A stretch of 59,840 nt of DNA, counting the filler, from Jimgerdemannia flammicorona (Eukaryota), in NCBI GenBank assembly GCA_003990765.1. It is 3 parts of 3 records of this genome, joined end to end, with 100 filler letters (N's around TTAATTAATTAA, not from the genome) between each part and the next. Parts side by side here need not be neighbours in the genome. Positions count along the whole stretch, not along the records: positions 39,963 to 59,840 come from RBNJ01001815.1; 2 more parts are not named here. One strand, given 5' to 3'. The notes under the pieces were generated by a model, which saw nothing but the letters and a program-made list of their open reading frames with translations, had not been told where the DNA came from and searched no databases. Made by a program: the position numbers and the translations under genes. Positions 49,369 to 59,840 of this stretch are shown piece after piece; position 1 is the stretch's first letter, and every line of letters begins with the position of its first letter.

Positions 49369-52300
49369 ATGCCATCAAGAAGTATAGAGAGATTGTAGAT
49401 ATTGAGTTTAGGGTCTGAGAGAGTACTAAATTTCAGACTAGGGATATAGATATCAGGGTATGGCTAGTGGGCAAGGAGAATACAGGGAAGACAAGGGACT
49501 GGCCAGTAGTTCTAAAGTGGAGACCTGTGGAGTGTAAAGTCTGGCAAGTGAAAGGGACACTAGAGAAAGAAGAGGACTTACTAGAGATATTAAAGGACTT
49601 GGCTGGAGCTGTGAAAAGGAGGAGATTGGCCTGGAAGAAGTATGAGGCCAAGACAGTTATATAGACTGTCAATAGTAAGAAGGTATGGCTGAATCAGGCA
49701 GCCTGAGAGCAGGTATAGAGGAGGCAGATTCAGAAGGAGCTATTGGAGTTGGGAGAGGGGACAGTAGGGGGAACCACTGCTGAAGATGCTGGATTGCAAG
49801 TAAGTATCTGGGTGGAGGAGAAGGGAGTGGCTCCAGAGGTGACCCAGAGAGTAAGAGATAGCTCTGGGTTGAGTGTGGTCATAGAAGATACAGAGATAGT
49901 TAAGGGGGAGCACTCTCAGTATATAGTGCCAAATGGGGCAGCTGGTGAGAATAAACTGCAGAATGTGCTGAGGGAGGATTGGGATGAGTTAGCAAGAAGG
50001 AATACTGAGGAAGGGCAGGTGGAGGGAATAAATAGGGTGGCCCAGAGAGTTGAGGAGGCTGTAGATGAGAAGTGGCTGTAGAAAATGCTGGATAATGTAG
50101 TAGTAGAGGAGCTGGGAGGGGGAGGACTTTCAGGTACTAAGTGAGAGACACTGGGGTGAAATCCTATATAGCAAGGAGGTGCCAAGGAAAATCCATGATG
50201 AGATAATAGTAGTACTGCTAGAGACTGAGACTTATCAAGTAGATGATGATAGGGAGGTATTACTTAGAGCAATTGTGAATAATTGTCCTACTTATATATA
50301 GAGTTCAAGAAAAGTAATAAGTGGTGGGCAAGGAGTACCAGATAGAGATGGAGGCTATGGATGAGGTAGATTGTTAGGAGATCTTGGTGGCACTGGATGT
50401 TCAGTAGGGGGAGATAGATAAGCTTGTAGCAGAGAGGAACTTATATCTTACAGGTGATAAAATGAGTATAGAATTACAGGGTGGGAACTTTCTCTCAAAA
50501 AAAAAAAAACATTATTCAATTTGAAGAGTATAACTTGAATCTTCTCTTTGAATATCAATAGACTGAGGGGTAATGAGACATCAGAATATCTTTAGCTAGT
50601 TGAAGATACTAGATGTAGCTCTTTTCTTATTGCAGAATGTGGGTTATGAAGCAGACTTTGATTTTCTAGACTAGATAAGGTAATGAGAAGGTACAGTGGT
50701 ATAGCAGGATTAGGTGGACATTCTTGTCTAGAAGGAGGTAGGGGATATTGGAGACATTGGACATTGAAGGAGCTGATTGGTATGGGGAATGTAGAGGAGG
50801 CTGAGATAGAGTCTACTGACTGTTAGGTCATGCTACTGTCTAGTAGAAAGGGGGGAATGAGTGGGGATTGTGAGAGGCTGGTGTTTTGGCAGGTGTGGGG
50901 ATCAACTGACTGAGGGGTAACTTTAACATAATACACAATGGCAGGTTGGACAGGACTGATAGAGAGAGGGATATGGTAGGCAAGATTGAAGGGATGGAAG
51001 ACTGAGAGAAGATTGAGAGACTGAGTTCTTCAGTAGATGCTGAGTGACTTGGGTGGATGAATTATAGAGTCTATACTCACTGGGTAGTAGGACTGGAATC
51101 CCAGATAGACTAGATATTAACTACTAAGTACTAGGGTACTAATGTCTGGAGTGAGATTGAGATAGTCTGGTGCTCTTAGTCAGACTACTGGGGTTTGCTG
51201 GGCAGAGAGAGGTTTGGGGATGGTGGAGATAGGCCTGGATATTGGTGCCTGAATACCTCACTGCTGAGAGATAGTATCTTATAAAGAGAATGAGTAGTAG
51301 ATGTTAGCACTAAAGTTGTTGGCTGGAGGATACAGGAGATAGAGATTGGGGATTATTGGTAGCAGTTGAAATCTGATGCTCAGCAGTACTGAAGTGAGGC
51401 TGAGAGAGAGAGGAGGGTCCAGCAGAGATAGTATATTAGGTAGGCTTCACAGAAGCTAGAGAAACTACTGGAGAGGTGGGCAGAGTCTTTGGCAGACTGT
51501 GGGAAAGGGGACTGGAGGATTCAGAGAATCCAGCAAGAGGTAAAAGAACTGAAGGGGCTGCTCAGACAGGAGGAGGAATTGTAGGTGAAAGGATTGGTAG
51601 CTTGGCTAAGGTGGCAGGGTTTGGAGGAGGGAAGCAGCTTACTAAATTTCTGTCAAGGCTGCTCCAGGTGTGAAGGATAATGCAGAAGTAATAGATGAGG
51701 CAGGGGATATAGTGACTGAGATACCAGGGATCTTGGACCTACTGCAGTCTTGCTGGGGGCAGCTGTAGAGTGAGGAGAAAGAGAGAGAAGATGCTCTAGG
51801 TATTGAAAGACAGTTGGAGGATTGATACCCAGACCTGGCTGTGGGCCTGAGTATACTTGGAGCCCCAGTATGTAGAGAGGAGATACGTCAGATTGTGGCA
51901 ATGATCAGTATAGATATAGCATCTGGAGAGGACAGATTGTCATGAGATTTTTAGAAAAAAATAGCTAGTATTGAGGTTGTGCCAGAGGAGATAATGTGGA
52001 TATGTGATGAGGTCATTAGCTCAGAGCTTGGATTGGGGAACAGTGCCTGAAGCTTGTAGCTCTGTTGTATATGGATAAGAGAAGAAGAGAGGATTGGAAG
52101 AACTGAAGGCTGATCATACTTCTGGATATGGATCACAAGTTGGTGGTAAAGATTTTGGTGGCCAGGCTATAAGGAGAGGCTCAGCAGATACTAGGGGCTG
52201 AGCAGAGGGACTTTGTTAGTAGTTATTTAATTTAAATTGAAATGGTATAGGTTCATAGTATAATTGAGAATACTTGCACAGCTGGGGTTAATGGTCAACT

Positions 52301-54216
52301 AGTCTTTCTGAATCAAGAAAAGGTATATGACAGAGTTCAGCATATATGGCTAGAGAGGATATTGAAGCAAATGGGAGTCTCCTCAGAGTTTAGGAGATCA
52401 TTGATTTGTCTGTTGGTAGAGAGTTGGGTAGCTATTATAGTAAATGAGTATAAGGAAGAGTTCTTCTCCCTAGATAGAGGAGTACTGCAAGAAGATCCAT
52501 TATCACTGATTCTGTATGCCCTCTCATTGGAGTCCTTGTTGGATAGGATATGGTACAGAGTTGGGGGTCTGAATATTTTGAGAGTGAACTGGAAGGTTGG
52601 GATCTTTGCTGATAATATAGTGGTCAGGCTGAGCTCTGTAGAGGATATAGTAGCTCTGAGGAGTGCAGTGGAATGATATGAGAGATGTTTGAGTGCTAGG
52701 CTCAATTGGCATAAGTGCAAAATTCTGGTTCTAGATAGAGGATTAGTTAGTGACAATATGATCAGAAGGTGGTCCCAGCTGTTAAAGTCATCTACTACTT
52801 AGAGATTTATTTTTGGTTTATGGCTCCCTGCTGCCTTAAGACTAGTGAGAGCAACAGCTACTAGTATGGGGGGATGTTCTCTTGAGATAGTGAGACTGGT
52901 ATATCTCTCTGATAGGAACAGTAATAGTGCTGAATATATACTAGCTACCAAAGCTGTGGTATGTGAGATATCACTTGGATTTTTCAGTATAGGTGATCAA
53001 AGTTGGCCAGGTCATAGATCTGAGTAGAGCAGTAGAGCCAGATTGGCTGAGAGGTACTGATACTGTCATTAGATAGTGGTGGGCTAGATCTTGTAGATTT
53101 CACCAAGTATCTGTACTGCTTGAGAGCATGGTGGCTGAAGCAGACAAGTGAATTGTAGGGTCAAGAGTAGGTGCCTCTTATGCAGTGGGTGTAGGAGGCT
53201 CAGTACTCTCTCCAAGATATGACTTGTAACCTGCTCTCTCTGGTGGCTCTGAAAGAGAGTAGGAAGATATACTATAGAGAATTCTGGTAGAGAGTAGTAG
53301 ATAGTGTACACTGCATTGGTCTTTAGTAGAGGAGTGATGAGAGAGAGGAGAATTAGGGACTACAGATATAAAGATAGAACTGCCTGCTGTTGGGAGGTAT
53401 ACTGGTGGAGGATTTTTAGCTAGAAGATAGCATAGAATATCTATAAGAGCATGGGAGGGATCTGTGGCCAGAGGTATAATAGGAGGTAGGGATCAGTAAA
53501 AAGTAAGACTAGAATAGTATCTGGCCTTGGTGCAAGAAGATGACTAGATAGCTCCCTCCCAAGTTCTGAGTAGTATGGTGGTAGTTACTGAGATACAACA
53601 TAATGCTGAATTATTGGTTGAGATACTTGATAGAAGGGGGTACTTTGGAGAGTGGAGAGTATCTTGATATTAAGAGAATGAGTGATATAGCACAGACCCC
53701 TGAGTATTGGCTAGGAGAGTGTGAGGTTCTGAAAGACTTCTGGAGAGTCATCAAGGACCTAACTCTTGGAGGGAGTAGAGGGCAAGAGATAGGATAAGCT
53801 CTGATATAGGCTAGTGGGAGAAGTTGGAGATGAGTGGTTGACTTTGGGGTGGGCTCTGGCCATTTGGATTGGGCTTGTCAGACATTGACTTTATATATTT
53901 GAGGATGGTCAGTACTTAGCAGTTGAGGTGTGGGTGGTATAATGAGAGTGGTTATTATTGGACATCCTGAACAGTTGGTGATAGAGGTGGGAACCTGGAG
54001 GGGGAATTCAAAAGAGGCTTGTGGAATGTATTTGCAAGAAGAGTAGGGAGAGGGTTGGGGTTGCTGGGGGGTTGGTAACTCTTCAGAGGAGTGGGGAGGG
54101 TGGGGGAGTGGGGGGTCCAAGGGGGATTAGGTGAAGGGTATATCCATACCTTTGTATTAGTATAACATAGATTGGGAGTCCAAGTGACTATAAAAAAATA
54201 AAAATAAAATAAAAAA
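49369..54216 (+). mobile_element. LINE D, 5'-truncated within ORF1 (same family as LINE A/B)
   Basis: ORF1 GKENTGKTRDWPVVLKWRPVEC. APE SLNINRL..FLLQNV. RT GVLQEDPLSLILYALSLE..IFADN. Ends CAAGTGACTAT plus an A-rich tail. Confidence 0.88.
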
Positions 54217-55545
54217 TTAACCACCTAGTATACATATTTATACCACATCCAAATGCAAATTAGTGAATTTTTCCACACTGATCTGTCCCGAGTACAAGTT
54301 TCACTCTCTTCATGTACAATCTTTCATATTAGATCATCAGGCTCATGCTGGTGTATTTTCACCAGAGGACATGTTTCAGACAGACATACATACAAACACC
54401 ATCACAGTCCAAAGTTCGTGGTCGAGAATAAGAGGCCTCGCTTCACTCGGCCAATAATTATGTGCTTTTGGACTTAGCCATCTCTCTTCACCGAACATAA
54501 ACTTGGCAGGGAAGGAAAACAGTATAAAAACAGAAAACTGGCCTGAGTAGAAAATCTAAGCTATTGTGGTGGAGAGCCTGACAGAGCCATTTTTCCGATG
54601 TATTGTGGCAGCAAATCTTGAATAGTTTGGATGAGCGAGAGCAAATTGAAACAAAGAGCAGAAAGGAACAAAGAGAGCTTATTTCTTAAAGTCTCATTAT
54701 CATTATTATTGTTTAAATGTTAGCTCATGGCTTACAGAGGAACTCGGTCTCTGTGATGTGTAAAAGCGTCGAATTTTGTCATTGATTGAATTTGGTCGTC
54801 GATTGAATTTTTGTCGCCGATCGAATTTCTGTCTTAGATGCAATTTTTTATCATTGATCTAACTTTTGTCGTCGTCGATCCAATTTTCAATGTTATATTC
54901 CCCATATGCTTAGAGAAGCACTTCAACTCCTTACCGAGACGAAGAATTGGCATTGATGACCGGTTAAGCCTTTTACAAATTAACCTTATTGATGGCGGCC
55001 GTCGGCGTTTCAGATGAAGACGTGCTCATGTTTGGTTTGTTTAGGTTGGACTAATTTCACCGCCCGCTGGCACTTGGGGAGAGGGGAAATTGAAGAGATT
55101 GCACTGCATAAGCATATGTCATTGCATGAGTTTGCATGTGAGGGTTACACAGCCGGTATATGGACGGTGAGCGACTTAAAATTGTTGGACCTAGGTGATG
55201 CTTCTAATAAGGCATTTCTATTTAGAGCACTGTAGTGTAACCGTGGGACACAATTTATGGTTACACAAGATGTCTGGTCTGCCCGTCAAGAATGTCGCCG
55301 GTAGGCAGAAGAGGGCGAAAGCGTTGCGTGCGCTGGTAACGGTCATACTTTTATCCGTGTTGACAGGGTTTGATGGAGCCTGCGTGTCCTATTGGCTTAA
55401 GGTGAGTAAAGACGGAGGCGGTCTGACATGGTTTAAGACAGTTTTCCCAGTTCTCGCCGGCCATCGTCGTCGTCCGTCGCCATCTGTCGCTCGGCTCCTC
55501 CAACTCATTTATATTAACTTGAATAGCATTGGAACAGGACTGGAA

Positions 55546-55718
55546 CAGTGCTCCCAACAAATCAAATCAATTCGAATCGAATCGATTTTGTGTTAATTCG
55601 AACAGAATTGGATTGAAGTCTTTTCTTCTTTTTTTTTTTTTTTTTGATTCCAATTGAGTCCGAATCGAATAAAATTCGAATTTGAATGAAGGTCCGATTC
55701 GATTTGTTGGGAACATTA
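55546..55718. mobile_element. short hAT-like MITE (173 bp)
   Basis: TIRs CAGTGCTCCCAACAAATC and GATTTGTTGGGAACATTA. Flanking direct repeat ACTGGAA(C) at 55539 and 55719. GAATC/GATTC subterminal repeats and an internal poly(T). Confidence 0.75.
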
Positions 55719-55917
55719 ACTGGAACACCATCAGAACAGATATCTCTTATCACACTCTAACCCTGATACGTATGGATCTGGATTGTGTGGGGCTAACACA
55801 TAGATCATCCAAATGTTAAACGTCGAATGATTTACATTTCTTTGGCACGAAATTTTTATGTGCAAAACGCTTAAATTGCAGTCAGATCCGAATTCCATTC
55901 CTTTCAGCCAGTTTGAA

Positions 55918-56448
55918 ATGGGTAACACATTCGCGCGCCGACGTGTCCCAAAACATCGATCCCGTGAACCACCTAGAGATGGCGTATCCCCGTGTAACCA
56001 TATGGTGAAGGTGTACGATGTGTTCATAGTACGCTTCATCCAGATGATTCATGACGACGTTCTAGCGAAGAACCGAAAACGCTGGGGCAGCTTCGTGGTG
56101 ATTGACTTGCGGTTCCCGAACTCAGAGCCAGGGAAGCTAGTGGCTGCCACAGCAAAGAACCCCGCGGACAGTAAGAGCCGCAAGGAAATGTTAAAAAATC
56201 TCAAATCGGTGGAGCGTAGCGCCTGCGACCGTCTGGATTGGACAAGCTTCTGGGACTTCGTCGAAGAGCGGTTCCAACAGGTGGAAGAGTTCGAAAGATT
56301 CAGGCTGGAGCTTGTGACAAAAGTGAACAGGGGCCGGCTCAGTGTGGATTATATCATTATAAAGGCAAAACCCTCAATCTATTGGTCTTCGAAGGATCCC
56401 GAAATGCGATTGATTCGTTTTCAGCTGCAATTTCACGAGTTCCAATGA
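55918..56448 (+). CDS. hypothetical protein (176 aa from MGNTFARR), probable host gene
   Basis: Uninterrupted ORF in CpG-retaining DNA with moderate GC content, followed by an AT-rich 3' region. No recognisable domain. Confidence 0.5.
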   Translation: MGNTFARRRVPKHRSREPPRDGVSPCNHMVKVYDVFIVRFIQMIHDDVLAKNRKRWGSFVVIDLRFPNSEPGKLVAATAKNPADSKSRKEMLKNLKSVERSACDRLDWTSFWDFVEERFQQVEEFERFRLELVTKVNRGRLSVDYIIIKAKPSIYWSSKDPEMRLIRFQLQFHEFQ

Positions 56449-57019
56449 ACGGTTTATGGATACTACTCATACTTATTAGCTCATATGCTTTATGGTCAAT
56501 CGATTTACAACCTCTGTGTCTATGAATTCAATTTGCTAATGTCTATATGCGGGGCTTTCGAGATAGCGGAACCAAGAACAATTGAAAAGTTTATGGTCTC
56601 AATGCCAATATTTAGTATGAAAATATTTACAATTGTGTGCATTATTTTAAATGGTCTATTTGAATATGTATTATATATATTGTATGAACTATAAAGTTGG
56701 ATTAAGGTTTCATTTTTTTTTTTTAATTAAAAAAAAAATTAATTTTGACAATTTAACTTTGGGCTTTACTTGGTTACAACTAACTATTTCAATGATTTTT
56801 TAAATCCCAAAATAGCCTGTACATAATCAAGGTAAATTCCAACCAAACGCAGTCAATGATTCGATAGTGTAGTCATTGCTCCAAAACTAATTCTATTGAT
56901 AGTGATCCGAACGGACGAGATTTGTTCTCTTCCGGTTTCGGATTGGAAACTGGTGCCTGACTCATGTTTTAGTTAGCTTGTCTGAATAGTTCGTTGTCGC
57001 TCGGCCTGTATGTGTGTTT

Positions 57020-59713
57020 CTGTCATATGTAATAGATATCCCCAGAAGGAAGGATGTATCACCTATGTTAGTCATCTTGAATTCTTAGCATAGAGTTTTC
57101 TTTACTCCATTAAGCCTATTCTTGCTGGCTACAATGATGATATCATCAATCTATATACTAATAAATACTATGCCATTGTTATAATATTGGACATATATGC
57201 AATTATCTACTTCACAATGCTTGAATCCATTGTTGAGGAGATATTTATCAATCCTTTTATTCTATAGATACACCACTTACTTGATACTATATAATTCTTT
57301 ATGTAATCTATATATGAGCTCATCATTCTAGTTGTCATATAGTTCATATCCTTGTGGTTGACAAACATATAGTTCAGTGTCTACATCACTATTCAGAAAG
57401 GCTGTCTTAATATCCATCTGATGGATTTCTAGATAGTATAGTATACTAATTGTAAGGAGTATTTTAAGTGAAGTTAGCTTAAACACTGGTGAAAATATTT
57501 CATCAAAATTAATACTATCATCTTGCAAATAATCCTTGGCAATAAAGTGAGCTTTATACTGCTCTATATTACTATTGATATTGTGCTTTATCCTATACAC
57601 CCTCTTGGATCTGATTGCTTGACAATTGGGTAGAAGAGATACAAGATCCCATATGACATTTTTGATAAGTAAATCATATTCCTCATCTATCACTTGTTTC
57701 CATTTCTTGTGGTCTGGATTGGTTATAGCTTTGTTGTATATGCTTGACTTGCCAGAAGATATCACAATATATATACATTTATATACTTTAGCATAGCTCA
57801 CATAATTTTTTTATTATTGTCATTATTTAGAGCTTACTGGTATGTTCTAATAACTTCCTAAATTGGAATGAGTTTTATGGTGAACATTGGAATACTTTTG
57901 TATTTGTTTATCCTTTATTGAGGATTTCTCATCATTGGAAAATTCATTATCATCATCTTTGATCTTTATTATTCTTGACTCAGATATCTCTAACTCAGGC
58001 TCAGATATGTATATAGTTGAAAATAGTTCTGATAGACTGCTGGAGAGGTAGATGATAATTGTGTATAGTTACTATATTTATACTGGCTGAGATATAGAGG
58101 TTTTGACTAATACTTCTATGTGGATTTCCAAGTCTTTTTCTCTGAACTATATATTATGCAAAATGACTATATACTACTTATATAGATCCCACAGCCAGTA
58201 TGTCTTACCAGAATATCTAAGAAATATATGTTTGCTCATCTTGGGTTTGAATTTATCCCAGATAGTATTGCCTTTGTTGAGGATATATATATCAGATCTG
58301 AATATATGTATATAGTATATATCCAGCTTGGATTCACTTCATAATTCTTTAGAGATAAAATCATTATCTCTGGAATACTTATTACTATTGGAATTCTTAC
58401 TTACTGATCAAGATATACACAAGTTGCAGATATGTATATACTGCAGTATTTATAGCTTCAGCCTAATAAGAATATGACAATCTAGTGATATTAATTATTG
58501 AATGTACCATTTCTACAATTATATAGTTAAATTACTTGGTTATGCCATTCTGCTGAGATATGTAGAGAGCTGTTGTTTGATGACTTATGTCATATTTCAT
58601 CAGGAACTGTTTGAATGCATTATTAATATATCCATATCTATTGTTTGATCATATAGTATTAATTCTATATCCAGTTTCATTTTTGTCAATTACTTTGAAT
58701 TCTTTGAATTTATCCAAGGCTTCACTCTTTGCTTATATGAGATATATATATATCTTATATATATGATCATTGATGAATATGAGAAAGTACCTCTTGCTGG
58801 AATATGACAGAATATGTATCAACCAGTATATATCTATATGTATGAGGTTGAGGATCCTAGATATGTACTTTAATAGTTCTTTGAATAGTTACTGGGATGC
58901 TTTATTTACCATACAATTCTTATAGAAGAAATTGTTATATATATATATATACATTAGCAATCCATTGATGGATCTACTCTTTATCATATATTTAAGGCTC
59001 ATCTTGCTGATATGTCCTAAGTATTAATGTTACATATTGGATACATCAGATATAGTTATTATATATATGGAGGCTTTCATACTACTCAGTATGCTATTGA
59101 TTAGGTAAAGATTACTACATTTCAAAATTGTTATTAACCTCTTATTGTCATGCAAATTATATACTATTACATCTTTTGAATATATATATATATATCTCTT
59201 TATTGCTATGGGTTATCATTTTGCCTATAGAGAAGAGATTCTTTCCTATCTTTAGAGCATATAGTATATCTACAAGAGTAGTAGTAGGCTTGATGATATT
59301 TTTATGAAGATATATACTAATATTTCCTTTTTCTTGAGTATAGATGACATTATTATCTCCAACTTAATGTTTAAATGATTAATACATGGAGAACCATTCT
59401 CTATATAGTATCATATATTGTATAACTCTAGAATCTATTAACCAGACATCATTATCATTAGCTGTATTTGCTATATATTCAGTAGATATATGATTTGCAG
59501 TTTTTCTATCCATACTACTAGTGGTACTGATATCATTACTACTTTTTATTAGGTGAAAAGTATTTTGCTTTTACTATTGACCAGAATTTATAGATGATGG
59601 ATTGGTGGATTTAGCAGTAGAGCTGACAGCTTATGTAAAAAATAGATTATCACTTTTATCAGTTTCAGTAATATTTGTATTACTATACTTTCCTTGATAG
59701 TTCTTATATCTAT
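57020..59713 (-). mobile_element. decayed partial Ty1/Copia element (PR-IN-RT)
   Basis: RT WDLV..YKAHFIAKDYLQ..FSPV..LEIHQMDIKTAFLN..YVCQPQG (57328-57801). Integrase QQNGI at about 58545 and protease WLIDSRV at about 59440. Confidence 0.85.
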
Positions 59714-59840
59714 TGTAACGTGCCGGCTCAATGGAGGCAAATTACAAGGTTGGGGGTTGATGTAGTTTGGCTTGAGCCCCCAGTTACTTTGTTAAAAGCA
59801 ACAAAATGTTCTTGGTGTTTAGCGGTATAATAGTCAAGAT
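59714..59840. repeat. LTR-like repeat, least decayed copy, runs off the window
   Basis: TGTAACGTGCCGGCTCAATGGAGGC.. matches 19401 onward. Confidence 0.65.

Overview
Eukaryotic, most likely fungal, repeat-rich DNA. An early-diverging lineage such as Mucoromycota is inferred from the short GT-AG intron, the BTB gene, L1/Tx1-type LINEs, a DIRS-1-type element and Fanzor1. The window is three near-equal segments (19882, 19880 and 19878 bp) joined by artificial N-TTAATTAATTAA-N linkers, so they are probably not physically adjacent. It is mostly nested transposons carrying heavy C>T/G>A decay: L1/Tx1-like LINEs with TSDs, two dUTPase-carrying Ty3/Gypsy elements, two Copia elements, a complete DIRS-1-like element (ITRs, ICR, RT-RH-MT, tyrosine recombinase), hAT MITEs and an IS3EU-like integrase-type transposase with a convergent PHD-finger gene. 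Host-like genes are limited to the 5' end of a BTB gene and one orphan ORF. Several signals are missed by the ORF track: (i) a decayed Fanzor1 (eukaryotic TnpB-family RNA-guided nuclease) split by a Copia and a Gypsy insertion; (ii) a C-P-H-G..C..H..C..C putative zinc-binding module next to dUTPase in two different Gypsy lineages, in different domain order; (iii) a Gypsy whose integrase and an extra 3' ORF are separate, overlapping cistrons. All translations and alignments were made by eye, and the boundaries of decayed elements are approximate.
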